Positions 7,541 to 17,700 of a stretch of 25,225 nt of DNA are shown here, piece by piece. The DNA comes from a virus. Its lineage: Duplodnaviria > Caudoviricetes. The translations under genes were made by a program, and so were the position numbers. Positions within the stretch are counted from its first letter, which is position 1, and each line of letters starts with the position of its first letter. Under the pieces are notes generated by a model. That model made no database searches, was not told the origin of the DNA, and saw only the letters and a list, made by a program, of their open reading frames with translations. The stretch covers positions 1-25,225 of the IMG/VR virus record IMGVR_UViG_3300017724_000077. One strand, 5' to 3'.

Positions 7541-10500
7541 TTACTGTATCCCCATAGGTAAGTTAAAAGCATTTCCTCTTGTGTTACCTTGTGGGTCATT
7601 TTGTCCTAGAGTAGCGTTAGCATCTTTTGTTTTCTTATCCATCAATGCTGATTCTGCCCATTTTTCTTCTTCAAATATTTGTGCCCAAGCTAAATCTCTA
7701 TAGCTTGATAATACTTTACGAGTTGCCTGTAATGCTGTACCTGCAAATTTTCCTTTTGCTGAAGGTCTACCTATTGTGTATTCAGGGTCAGTAGCAATTT
7801 CATGCAACATATCTATTAATGTTGCTCCATCCCCACCCAAAGGAACACCTTGTGCCATCTTCATATACCTTTGCATCCTGTTATATAAAGTTTCTCTAGG
7901 AAACCTACTATTTTCAGTCGTATATTTTAATTTAGTATTAGGTACATCAGGAAATAACTTATCGTATTTAACTGGTGCAATAAAATTCACATCATTAGCT
8001 TTACCAAGTTTCCATAAAAATTTCGCTACAACATCTTTTTTTACAGTTTGGTCATAATCTTCAGAGAATACTGGTTTACCATTTTCATCATTACCCCTAT
8101 AAACTTTTACAGGAAACCTATCTTTTAATTCTTCAGGTTCTAACAAATCAAAAAGATTTAACAGACCCCCAGGATTAGGGTTTTCTCTAACATCTCCTAA
8201 AGCTGAATGTTGATGTTGTACTGCTCCCCATTTTTCCAAACCAAGAAATTCAAGGGCTGCATCAATTTTTGCATTATCTAATTCATACCATTCACTACCA
8301 TCTTGTTTATTAGTAGGATTAAGTCTGTACCTCATAACTTGTCCAAAATCTTCAGGAGAAGCTAGTAGAGGGTGTTGTTGCATCATTGATTTAAAGTAAG
8401 TATTTGGGACAGCGTTCTTTGCTTTGTTTCCCCAAAACTTTAACCATTCAGAACCTGCATCATCATTCATTAAATCTTCACCAAGAGTTAATATATCCGA
8501 TACACCTGCAAATAAATTTGTGTCATGTATAATTCGATACATAACCATGTAACTTATATGAAGTCGTTCTTTTAATATTTGTTCTTCTTTACCTACATAT
8601 TCTCCTTGTGCTTTACGATAATCTAGCATTGATTGTTCTTCGGCTATACTTACAATAATTTTTAATGGAGTAGAGAAAGGGTCAAAGGTTCTATAATTAA
8701 ATATCTCACCAGTTATAGGATTTCTTATACTATAAGGTGGTAAGAAACCTGCATCTTCTCCTGCTCTTGATTGTTTATAATCTCTACCAGTAGCACCAGT
8801 TATGTTACCTGACATATACAAACCGAAAGCAGACCCTAGTAACGATTGGGAAAGCATTACTTCTCCCATTGCTCTAGCGTGTGCTGCCCTTGAAGTAGCT
8901 GTTTCAGGAAGCAAGTTCTTTCTCATATTAGGATGAAGTAACTGTAATCCTGGGGTTAGTCTTAGACCTTCTTCAAAAACCCTTACAGGAGTTCTAAAGA
9001 ATAACTGTCCCATTAAACGTAACACAGGTGCTTTATTAACTAGGTTTTCATATCCTGCAAGTATTGCTCCTGTTGTGCTGTTGTATTTATCAAAATCTTT
9101 TTTGAATAAAGCGTCTTGAGTATAATCTCTACCCTTTTTATTAGTTGCTGTTAAATTTTCAGTTGCGTTGGGGTCAACAATTTTTCCTTTGCCATCCCCA
9201 AACTTTTTAAGTTCAGACTCAACGTATTCATCTACATTTCTAAATCTTCTACCAATAAAGTTTGTATCCCTTGCGTTGTCTGTAATAATATCGACAGCAT
9301 TAGGGATTGGTTCGTAACCATCCTTAATAGCTTTTTTAACTGCTTTATCAATCTCAATGTTAATTTGTTTTTTACTTAGACCATTTTTAACACCAAGTTC
9401 TATAGCTGTTGCTGTAGCATCCCCTACAATGTAGCTTCTGTAGAAAACTTGCTCAAACATTGCGTCTGTAGCTAATAGTAATCTAGGAAATATTCTAATA
9501 ATTCCACCACCATATTTCTTTGGTATCATAGTTTGAGTTTCTAAGAACCTAGCTGAATCACCAGTTAGCATAGACCTTTCATATTTAAAGGCTTGAAAAG
9601 CTGCTTTTCTACCTGAAAACAAAAGTTGTTTAACAGCAGACATTTCTCCCATACCAACTTTCCATGCTTTCCATGACAAACCATCAGCACCAATGTTATT
9701 AAGAATAGGTCTATAAAACATTTTAGCTGCAGAAGGGATTGTGTTAATCATTAATGTAGTAGGAGAAAACACATTACTAATGGCAATTTCATTTAGTATT
9801 CTTATAGCATAATTTATACTACCACCAACTTTACCAAAGAAACTATCAGAAAGTTCTCCCTTTTTACGGGCTACTTCAGCGTCATGCAATCTACGTGCTT
9901 TAGCTGCTTCATTAAATTCGCCATTTGATTTTAAATCATCATATGCTTTTCTTAGTTTAATAATGTTGGCATCTCTTTCGATAGCTTTTTCTATAGCTTC
10001 ATTGAGTTTCCAAAATTCTTTTGTAGCTGCTCCAACATCAAATCCAGTTTCCCTCATAACTTGTTGTATAGTTAGACCACCTGTCTTATCTCCTAGCCCC
10101 TGATTACCTATAACTTTACTACCTGCAGCTTTTGCAGCAGCGTTTGACTGTAGAGTTCTACCTGCTTGACTAGCAATACCTGTAGAAATATCATTTAAAG
10201 GCATCATCAATTCGTCTAACTCATCAGAGAGTTTAGACATTTCTTGAATTTCTTTAATAGTTAAATTAGGGTTAGTTCTAAGTTCATTAACAAGTGTGTC
10301 ATACCTAGTTTTATATTCGTTTAATAGTGTATTAACTGTATCCTTTAATAGTTGCTCTTGTTTTGCGTCTAATCCTGCTTTATATAAATATGCACGTATT
10401 TGTGTAGGGTGTAATGCCCCTGCTGATTTAAGTGGTTGTAAAATTTTCTCTGTCATTTCCCTTAGAATTGACATTGACTGAGTTTGACCACCCCCAAATT

Positions 10501-12028
10501 TACCTAAATTTCTTTGTACAATGTTAGCGTCATCACCACCTCTTGTAGCAGACACTTCCCATTTCCCACTTTTACTTCTAGGTAATACTTCATTAATTTT
10601 TGCAACTAAATGTTGTAGCCCTGTTCTCATTTCTCCTGGGGTTGTATCTAATGTTTGGGCTAATTTTTCTTTTGTTGATTTTGGGTCTGAGTTTACAACT
10701 TTGTTTTCAACTTTAATTTCATTAGTATCAGGTACTTTCTTTGTAGTAATAACAGAAAGATTTTCAGCTTCTACATTTACAATTTTTGTTTTACCTTGTT
10801 TACCATAGGGAATAGAAACATCAACTGTGCCATCTGCTTTTACATCACCAAGAACTTTACCCTTTTTTGGTGTTTTAGTTTTTCCATCATTAACCCTTAC
10901 GTTGACACCTTCTTTAATACCTTCTTTTGTGCTTATTAAGTCTTGCTTACCAATCATATTAGAATCAATTTTTGGTAAGACTTTTTCTCCTATCTCACCT
11001 GCACTTCTATTAAATAATGATTTACCTAATCCAATAGTTGCTTTACCACCCCCCATTAAGATAGCACCTGCTCCTGCACCTTTATATGAACCTTGCCAAA
11101 CTTTACTACCTCTAAATGCAGAGTCAGTACCTTGACTATGTACTATCTCTCTGCCTGTAGCATCAAGACCACCATAGACAAATCCATTAACACCACCAAC
11201 AGTCGCAGTTGTTATAGAACGCTTTAATAGTTCCAGTAACCCTGCTCTTGTAGCTAGTTTAGTTGATTGCCCTACAAGAAATGAACCCCCTAAAGTAAAG
11301 ATACCAAATATATTAGCAGGGTCAGTAACCATACCTTTAACAAGTCTTCCTGTACCTGCTAAAGTTGCATTACCTAAATCCCCATACTGCTCCATTAAAT
11401 AAAGAAAGGCTCTCTTTTCATCTTCAGTTGCCCATGATGCAATCCTAGCAGCATCATAACCCATACGTGGAAGGTTATAATTAAACCACCCCATTTCGTT
11501 AAGGGCATAACGTGCTACGTTAGCGTCTTCACCATCATCTTCATCACTCCCCCACTCTCTACCTTCTTTCATTTTAAACATGACTTTAGCAGCAGCAATC
11601 CAGTTATCATCTTTAATTAAATCAGCATCATAAACTGGATTGTCGGGGTCGTTATCTTTATATCGTTCAGTAAAAATTCTTGCATCCCCGTTAGGAAATT
11701 CGCTTTGTTTCTTTTTTAACTCAGCTTTTGCAACTTTAGATTTTTCTTCTTGTAGACGTAATGCTTTGTCTAAATCTGATTCTTCTTCTTTTACTACTGG
11801 TTTAGTGGTAGTAGGTGAAGTTACTTTGGGGCTACCTGCAGTAGCTTTTTCAGCAGGTGGCATATCTTCTGAAGATGTAACAGGTGGTGTTACACTTTTT
11901 GTTACTTCAGGTTTTTTCTTAGTTTTTTCTAAATGTTGTTTTATCTTTTCTATTTTTCTTTCTTTTGTAAGACCTGTTTGAAATGAATAATCAACCCCAC
12001 CATAAGTAAAAATTTCTTTTTCTGCCAT
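7541..12028 (-). CDS. Internal virion protein D-like (gp16 equivalent, large ejection protein)
   Basis: 1495 aa, largest ORF, between gp15-like and gp17-like genes; RLLLATDAMF, FFRTPVRVF, GNITG..PYS motifs; no recognisable lytic transglycosylase motif. Confidence 0.8.
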   Translation of the reverse strand: MAEKEIFTYGGVDYSFQTGLTKERKIEKIKQHLEKTKKKPEVTKSVTPPVTSSEDMPPAEKATAGSPKVTSPTTTKPVVKEEESDLDKALRLQEEKSKVAKAELKKKQSEFPNGDARIFTERYKDNDPDNPVYDADLIKDDNWIAAAKVMFKMKEGREWGSDEDDGEDANVARYALNEMGWFNYNLPRMGYDAARIASWATEDEKRAFLYLMEQYGDLGNATLAGTGRLVKGMVTDPANIFGIFTLGGSFLVGQSTKLATRAGLLELLKRSITTATVGGVNGFVYGGLDATGREIVHSQGTDSAFRGSKVWQGSYKGAGAGAILMGGGKATIGLGKSLFNRSAGEIGEKVLPKIDSNMIGKQDLISTKEGIKEGVNVRVNDGKTKTPKKGKVLGDVKADGTVDVSIPYGKQGKTKIVNVEAENLSVITTKKVPDTNEIKVENKVVNSDPKSTKEKLAQTLDTTPGEMRTGLQHLVAKINEVLPRSKSGKWEVSATRGGDDANIVQRNLGKFGGGQTQSMSILREMTEKILQPLKSAGALHPTQIRAYLYKAGLDAKQEQLLKDTVNTLLNEYKTRYDTLVNELRTNPNLTIKEIQEMSKLSDELDELMMPLNDISTGIASQAGRTLQSNAAAKAAGSKVIGNQGLGDKTGGLTIQQVMRETGFDVGAATKEFWKLNEAIEKAIERDANIIKLRKAYDDLKSNGEFNEAAKARRLHDAEVARKKGELSDSFFGKVGGSINYAIRILNEIAISNVFSPTTLMINTIPSAAKMFYRPILNNIGADGLSWKAWKVGMGEMSAVKQLLFSGRKAAFQAFKYERSMLTGDSARFLETQTMIPKKYGGGIIRIFPRLLLATDAMFEQVFYRSYIVGDATATAIELGVKNGLSKKQINIEIDKAVKKAIKDGYEPIPNAVDIITDNARDTNFIGRRFRNVDEYVESELKKFGDGKGKIVDPNATENLTATNKKGRDYTQDALFKKDFDKYNSTTGAILAGYENLVNKAPVLRLMGQLFFRTPVRVFEEGLRLTPGLQLLHPNMRKNLLPETATSRAAHARAMGEVMLSQSLLGSAFGLYMSGNITGATGRDYKQSRAGEDAGFLPPYSIRNPITGEIFNYRTFDPFSTPLKIIVSIAEEQSMLDYRKAQGEYVGKEEQILKERLHISYMVMYRIIHDTNLFAGVSDILTLGEDLMNDDAGSEWLKFWGNKAKNAVPNTYFKSMMQQHPLLASPEDFGQVMRYRLNPTNKQDGSEWYELDNAKIDAALEFLGLEKWGAVQHQHSALGDVRENPNPGGLLNLFDLLEPEELKDRFPVKVYRGNDENGKPVFSEDYDQTVKKDVVAKFLWKLGKANDVNFIAPVKYDKLFPDVPNTKLKYTTENSRFPRETLYNRMQRYMKMAQGVPLGGDGATLIDMLHEIATDPEYTIGRPSAKGKFAGTALQATRKVLSSYRDLAWAQIFEEEKWAESALMDKKTKDANATLGQNDPQGNTRGNAFNLPMGIQ

Positions 12029-12047
12029 TTTGTTTCCTTACGTTAGG

Positions 12048-13913
12048 TTATTCACCAGTTAATTCAACAGGTTTATTTTTATCAGATAATGGTTTTACTG
12101 CTAGACCTAATTCATTCTTCATTACATTGTCTAGTTTTTCAGAACTTAACATACCATCAGTATTTGTTAATCCCATCCTTGATAAAGACAATAGAACAGA
12201 TTTATCAAGTATATCTAAAAAGGCTTCTTGTTGAGGTACAACACCTTTATCGTTTATTGAGTTCATAACTGATGTTCTAACAACTTTAAGATATACCTGT
12301 TTTAATTGAGAGTAGAATTTTGTACCTTTTATTTGGTCTAAAGTACCTGTAACTGCTTTCATATTTGCTTGGATTGTTTGCCCCACAGTTTCATTAAACG
12401 TAGAATCAATTAGAGGGTCGGCTAAAACATCACTACCTTCCATATATGTTTCTAGGTTTTTAAAAACATCCATACCATCTTTAAGACTTAACTCGTCATT
12501 CTCTATCATGTCTTCTACTTTTGTCATAAGCATAGACATTTTTTCATTTGTTGTGCCATCTTTATAAGATTTTTTATCTGAATCACTTCTAAATAATACT
12601 TCTTCCAAATTATCAGTTGTAGAAAAAGTGACAATTTTATTTGTAAGTAATATTTTATTTTTTAGACTGTCTGCAGGGTTTACTGTTGTTTGGTCGTAAT
12701 CATTAATTGTCATTAAAAATGTTTTTAATTCTGCTCTTTGTAATATAGGTGCGTTATTAATATAAGCATCTGCTGCTTTTTGCCAATCCTCTTTCTTATA
12801 CTTTAGAGATTTATTTTTCTCTGCTGTTCCATCAAAAGTACCATCAAACATTGTGTAAAGTTCTGCTTTAGCATTTTTTAATCCTACTGTTTTAAGGTGT
12901 TCGTCCATTCTCATTTTTTTAAGCATATTATTACTTGCTTTATCATTCATCTTTGCTTTCATAGCTAGAATAATATTTTCATTCCCACCTTTTTCTCTTA
13001 AACGCTTTGGTATAGAATCTAATAATGCAATCCCTTGTACGAATCCATTCTTATCTACTGTAGTCATAAATTCTGCTGACGCTACGATTGATGTAAAAAC
13101 TGTGTCATCAATTACATCAGGGTCTAATACCATAAGTGGTTGACCTTTATCATCTTTAAATTGAGAGTTTTCTATATCTTCATACATTTGTGTAAAATTA
13201 TAGTTACCCTTAGAATCAGGGGTGTTCAAAGTTTTTCTAACATTCCCGTCAACTTCCTGTTCTAAATAATCAGTAGTAATTTTTGTGTTGTTTTCTCGTC
13301 TTTGACTTGACCAATTACTTTCGTGAGAAGCTAACATTTGGTTAAATTTATTTAATGCCCCTGCATATGCAAAGTCATGTACCTTCATTTCCCCTGTGTC
13401 TTTATCTTGGTATTCATAAAGTTTTCTAATGTCGTTTCTTTGCCCCTCAACCCAACTATCTAATTTAACTTTATTATTAATTTGATTTTCACCACTTGCG
13501 TCATATGGGTTTTTATTAAAGTCTTCAAATACTGTATTCCAAGTTTTTGATGTATCATTAGATGCTAACATTTGTGTTAGTAATACTTGGTTTGTAACAG
13601 ATAAATCAGGGTGCAATTCTCCAATTCTTACTTTACTAATAACACCAGTTTTCTGTTCTTTCCTAATTTCAGCAGCAATAGAACTTAGTCTTGCTTTATC
13701 CTTTAAATCTTTTTCCTTCTTCTTTTTCTTTGCGTCTTTCTGCCCTGATGCAATTAATCTGTCAGCACCTTTACTAAGAGCCTGTGCTAATTGTGTTAAC
13801 CCTGAATTTGGAGCAACTTGTGGTGCTCCCATAAAAGCATCAATAGGTGTTGCCATAGGAGTTGATACACTCCCTGTACCTATTACATCTTTAATTTGTG
13901 CTCTTTCTGCCAT
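12048..13913 (-). CDS. Internal virion protein C-like (gp15 equivalent)
   Basis: 621 aa, helical and charged, N-terminal LTQLAQALS; assigned mainly by synteny. Confidence 0.7.
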   Translation of the reverse strand: MAERAQIKDVIGTGSVSTPMATPIDAFMGAPQVAPNSGLTQLAQALSKGADRLIASGQKDAKKKKKEKDLKDKARLSSIAAEIRKEQKTGVISKVRIGELHPDLSVTNQVLLTQMLASNDTSKTWNTVFEDFNKNPYDASGENQINNKVKLDSWVEGQRNDIRKLYEYQDKDTGEMKVHDFAYAGALNKFNQMLASHESNWSSQRRENNTKITTDYLEQEVDGNVRKTLNTPDSKGNYNFTQMYEDIENSQFKDDKGQPLMVLDPDVIDDTVFTSIVASAEFMTTVDKNGFVQGIALLDSIPKRLREKGGNENIILAMKAKMNDKASNNMLKKMRMDEHLKTVGLKNAKAELYTMFDGTFDGTAEKNKSLKYKKEDWQKAADAYINNAPILQRAELKTFLMTINDYDQTTVNPADSLKNKILLTNKIVTFSTTDNLEEVLFRSDSDKKSYKDGTTNEKMSMLMTKVEDMIENDELSLKDGMDVFKNLETYMEGSDVLADPLIDSTFNETVGQTIQANMKAVTGTLDQIKGTKFYSQLKQVYLKVVRTSVMNSINDKGVVPQQEAFLDILDKSVLLSLSRMGLTNTDGMLSSEKLDNVMKNELGLAVKPLSDKNKPVELTGE

Positions 13914-13929
13914 AATATTTCCTTTTAAA

Positions 13930-14454
13930 CTAAGTCCTAAACTTTAAATCACCTGCTGTATCAAACTCAAAAGTAGTTGATAAACCTGTTCCAACCTCTA
14001 AAGCTGTGCCTAAGAATGAAGGTCTTACAGTTGGTGTGATGTTATTTATTCTAGCTATCATTTTTGATTCAGATAATTTTTCATCATCTAACAACTTAGC
14101 CATAATATTCTTTTCTGTTTTTTGGTTTCTGACAGTTACAACACCTTCTTGAAATGAAACTTCATCTATTACATCTTGAACAGAGAAACCACTAATAGAT
14201 GTATTAGATGCTATTGCAGTTGCACGTTTTTTCTTTGCGTCCTCTTTAACATCAAATTGTGTTTGCCCATATTTATCGAGTTCTTCTTCTCTACGCCTAG
14301 CAATAATATCTAAATCTGTTTCGTAAGCTATCTGAGCGTTTGCTGCTATAGCGTTGTTTCTTCTTTCTCCTGCTTTTGCTGCGTCACTAGCTTGTTTATA
14401 TTGGACTGCTGAACTAGCCACCATCATTACTGCTGCACTTACTGGGTCACACAT
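13930..14454 (-). CDS. Internal virion protein B-like (gp14 equivalent)
   Basis: 174 aa, MCDP start, Ala-rich hydrophobic N-terminus, size and synteny match gp14. Confidence 0.8.
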   Translation of the reverse strand: MCDPVSAAVMMVASSAVQYKQASDAAKAGERRNNAIAANAQIAYETDLDIIARRREEELDKYGQTQFDVKEDAKKKRATAIASNTSISGFSVQDVIDEVSFQEGVVTVRNQKTEKNIMAKLLDDEKLSESKMIARINNITPTVRPSFLGTALEVGTGLSTTFEFDTAGDLKFRT

Positions 14455-14986
14455 TGCTTTTCTCTCTTATAAATAAATAGAAATCTTCACCATTAACTCC
14501 ATACGTTTTGGATGTTTTAATATCAAACCCACACCATTGTAACCAACGTATGCCTTGGGCATTTTGACAATGTACTAGATTATAAAGAACTTCATATTTT
14601 TGTTGAATTTTTTGTATCCATTTTCTACAATAACGTAGAAATGGTTTTGAATATTTTTCTAAGTCACAGGAAGATAACATCCATGCCACCCCATAGTTTG
14701 ATAAATGGGGACACTTATTAACACCAAACATAGCAATAACTTTTGATTCTTTAAAAATAACATTACCTTCTTCTTCCTTAAATTTCATTTCAATTATAGA
14801 ATAAACTTCAGAGTCAATTAATTCAAAAGCTGACATTAAAGATTGTAAAGGTGTTTTTCCCATAGACTCTACTTCTAATAAATCATGCTTTCGTAATCTA
14901 TTAGATAAGCTAAGTGCATCCATTGGTTCGGCATTTACTACATTTATAATAGTAAATTTGTCAATAATATAAGATGTTTCTAACAC
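14447..14986 (-). CDS. Internal virion protein A-like (gp13 family, GNAT-like fold)
   Basis: 179 aa; LRKHDLLEV, AMFGV, GVAWML, LYNLVH..N...IRWLQWCGF pattern; position after tail tube B. Confidence 0.8.
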   Translation of the reverse strand: MLETSYIIDKFTIINVVNAEPMDALSLSNRLRKHDLLEVESMGKTPLQSLMSAFELIDSEVYSIIEMKFKEEEGNVIFKESKVIAMFGVNKCPHLSNYGVAWMLSSCDLEKYSKPFLRYCRKWIQKIQQKYEVLYNLVHCQNAQGIRWLQWCGFDIKTSKTYGVNGEDFYLFIREKSNV

Positions 14987-14987
14987 A

Positions 14988-17030
14988 TTAAATCCTTTGA
15001 GAACGAATGGTGTAATAACCTTCCCACTCTGCTGATTGAAAATTACATGGTAAATGACTGTCTGATTGTATCTGTATAGTTACCCTGTCATTTTTAGATT
15101 GGATAGGAAACCTAAATGTTCCTGATATAATATTTATATCTTCAACTGTTGTGCTTGTTGAGTTTAGTATTTGACCTGTCATATCATATGAACCTGTAGG
15201 TCTACCTTCAGGGGTTACAAGAACTTTAAAGAAACCTGTGTTCTCATAATTCAAACGCATAGTTCTTAGTTGTAATCTTCCTGATTGTACAGATTGTTTC
15301 CCTTGATTTTCTCTAACAAATTGAGTAGAGAATTTATAAGAAGTTGTGTAAGGTACTCCTAAAATTACTGGAGCAGAACTATAGTTTCCGACAGCAGCAA
15401 CAGTAGTTGTTGTAGGACGGGTTATAGTTATATCTGTACCTTTACGTGAAGACCATGAACCACTCTTAATAGCTTTCATTGCTCCTGAATACGCATAAGG
15501 TAGTGTCCAAGTAGTAGTGTCTGTTGGAGCGTCATATGTTCCTGTTAAGCTAACTTTTCTATCTACTCTTACACAGAAATCTAATCCTGTATCTATTGGA
15601 TATTGTAATTTAACTTTTTCTATATGTACCCCATCTGCCCGACTAATAACAAAGAACAATTCGTTTTCTAAGATAGTCATATCTAAGATAGAATCTCCAC
15701 TATCTAATTGCCATTCTGACCAACTAGAAACCATTTTAGTAGTTCCCTGCCAAAACCAACGATAAGAATATAATTTACTTCTATCAGTTGCAGACAATAC
15801 AAACAAAACATCTTCATTAGATGATGATGCTAATTTTACTACATTTTTCGGAATGTACTTAGGTACGTGAGAAGTGACTTCACTCGCATCCACAATGACT
15901 GTATCGCTTTCCACATAATATTCACGTACTGACGTAAAGTCTCCACGCTTAGTCGTAAAGTAGAGGTAATTACCTGCCCCCACAGGTGCAACAGTTGTAT
16001 CATTTTCAAACTCTGTACTTGGGACAATAGATATTGTCTTTGGTGTTAATATTCCACCTGTCTCAATAGTAAATTGTGTACTATCTGAAAACAAGGTGAG
16101 TGACTCGTTAAAAGGTATAGCGTGTTTTAGAAGTGAAACTTTAGTATGACTAACTGATACATCAATAGGTGCATCATCTAAAACAGCAGTAACTGACGTA
16201 GGAAAGAAATTAAAGAAATTAGCTGACTGACTAAACAAAACATATTCGTCTGATAGCAGCCCTAATCTATTTTTGTAAAAGAAAATATTACTAACTGTTC
16301 TTCCTACAAAAGAAGGATTTGGTGCTGAATCTTCATCACCTACAGTTCTTTCTCCCCAAGTATTTTTTCTAAATGCAAATGAACCTGAAGTTAATACCAA
16401 TGAGTGTGGCATTGTAGTAGCATCTAATTGATATTTAATATTAGGTTTTACTGTTTCTTCATAAGTATTTGCACTTAATGCTTTAACATAGTAATTATCA
16501 AATTGGTTAGTATTATCTCCAATTATTTCATAAATGTCATTTACAGTCGCAGTTGTAGGTAAGTCTGTAAATTCTTGATGCTTAGATGTTACATTACCAT
16601 TCGTAACTGCTACTTCCATTCCGACAGTTTTTGTTTTATTTACAACAAAGGTATAATCGGCAACAGTTAAAAATTCTAAGTCCTGTGCAGGATTAGCACA
16701 AAATAAATAATCAACTCCATCAGGAGTAGTACACGTTGTAACAGTACCATCTAAACTAAATATTTGTATAGTAGCTGAACTTGTAGTAGCAGATATAACA
16801 ACAATATATTGGTCATCTGCATCACGATTTACAATGTGGACACTTGCTCCACTTACAGCAGAACTAATAATTTTTGCTATATGTTCTGTTGGTGGTCTGC
16901 GTACTAGACCATCAATAACAGAAGATGTGGCGTTGATTTGTTCTTCGCCTTGAGTTATTTGTCTTAATGTTTGAGGTTGTTGGCTAATACCATTTAATAG
17001 ATTAGGGATAGCTGTACTTACTAATGGCAT
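14988..17030 (-). CDS. Tail tubular protein B (gp12, nozzle)
   Basis: 680 aa; MPLVS.AIPNL.NGISQQP, GLVRRPP, TVADYTFVVN, PSFVG...FFYKNRLG, SSWSEW, GRLQLR motifs of T7 gp12. Confidence 0.95.
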   Translation of the reverse strand: MPLVSTAIPNLLNGISQQPQTLRQITQGEEQINATSSVIDGLVRRPPTEHIAKIISSAVSGASVHIVNRDADDQYIVVISATTSSATIQIFSLDGTVTTCTTPDGVDYLFCANPAQDLEFLTVADYTFVVNKTKTVGMEVAVTNGNVTSKHQEFTDLPTTATVNDIYEIIGDNTNQFDNYYVKALSANTYEETVKPNIKYQLDATTMPHSLVLTSGSFAFRKNTWGERTVGDEDSAPNPSFVGRTVSNIFFYKNRLGLLSDEYVLFSQSANFFNFFPTSVTAVLDDAPIDVSVSHTKVSLLKHAIPFNESLTLFSDSTQFTIETGGILTPKTISIVPSTEFENDTTVAPVGAGNYLYFTTKRGDFTSVREYYVESDTVIVDASEVTSHVPKYIPKNVVKLASSSNEDVLFVLSATDRSKLYSYRWFWQGTTKMVSSWSEWQLDSGDSILDMTILENELFFVISRADGVHIEKVKLQYPIDTGLDFCVRVDRKVSLTGTYDAPTDTTTWTLPYAYSGAMKAIKSGSWSSRKGTDITITRPTTTTVAAVGNYSSAPVILGVPYTTSYKFSTQFVRENQGKQSVQSGRLQLRTMRLNYENTGFFKVLVTPEGRPTGSYDMTGQILNSTSTTVEDINIISGTFRFPIQSKNDRVTIQIQSDSHLPCNFQSAEWEGYYTIRSQRI

Positions 17031-17034
17031 ACTA

Positions 17035-17643
17035 TCACCTTATTGCTCGTCTAGGAGCACCTCTGTGTACTATTTTATACATATCATATGAGTCGTGATA
17101 AATATTGTTATCCTCAAGTGCAGCTTCACATTGCGTAAAGTAACTCATAGCTTCCTGCTCATCATCTTTTGTAAAACCACCTAACGCTTCTGAACCCATA
17201 TAACGGGCTTGAAAACGCCTTGCAGCTTTTACTACAATGTATCTTTTTGCGTGTTGAGGTAACTCATTAAAAGGTAAAAGTAAAACCATTTCTACATAAT
17301 ACGTACCAACAAATTTAGTAAATGAAAACTTTTCTCTGTCATAAAGGCGTGAACCACGCTGAACAACATCAACAGTTGCACTATTACCTACTGTGTCTAT
17401 TCTTACACAGTTAGCAGGTATTAGTAATTCACCATCTACAGTTGCTTCTATTGGGTAATTAAATTCTGTGTTAGAGTATATTCCTGTGGATTGAACTGAA
17501 ACATTTGTTTCATCCAAGATTGATTTTGCAATAGATACATCAACAAGTGCAGTATTACTAATACTAGATACAGGTGCTTCCCCAATGGAAGCTAACATAA
17601 TATTGACAGCTTCTATTTCTGTAGTCGGATTTGGATTTGCCAT
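17035..17643 (-). CDS. Tail tubular protein A (gp11, gatekeeper)
   Basis: EIEAVNIMLASIGEAPV is the gp11 signature; start moved to ATG 17643 (AGGA RBS, 202 aa) because the track's TTG start lies inside the terminator hairpin. Confidence 0.95.
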   Translation of the reverse strand: MANPNPTTEIEAVNIMLASIGEAPVSSISNTALVDVSIAKSILDETNVSVQSTGIYSNTEFNYPIEATVDGELLIPANCVRIDTVGNSATVDVVQRGSRLYDREKFSFTKFVGTYYVEMVLLLPFNELPQHAKRYIVVKAARRFQARYMGSEALGGFTKDDEQEAMSYFTQCEAALEDNNIYHDSYDMYKIVHRGAPRRAIR

Positions 17644-17656
17644 TTTGTTTTCCTGT

Positions 17657-17690
17657 AAAAAAAAGCGAAAGCCCAATTAAGGACTCTCGC
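17657..17690 (-). terminator. Intrinsic terminator after the major capsid gene (T-phi equivalent)
   Basis: Minus strand GCGAGAGTCC-TTAATT-GGGCTTTCGC-TTTTTTTT: 10-bp stem with two G-U pairs, 6-nt loop, U8 tail. Confidence 0.92.
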
Positions 17691-17700
17691 TATGTTGATA

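Noticed and set aside
16397-16414. Partial promoter match CACTCATT inside gp12
   Set aside because: Only about 10/18 identity, lacks TAATAC and the AAG start, and is explained by MPHSL codons.
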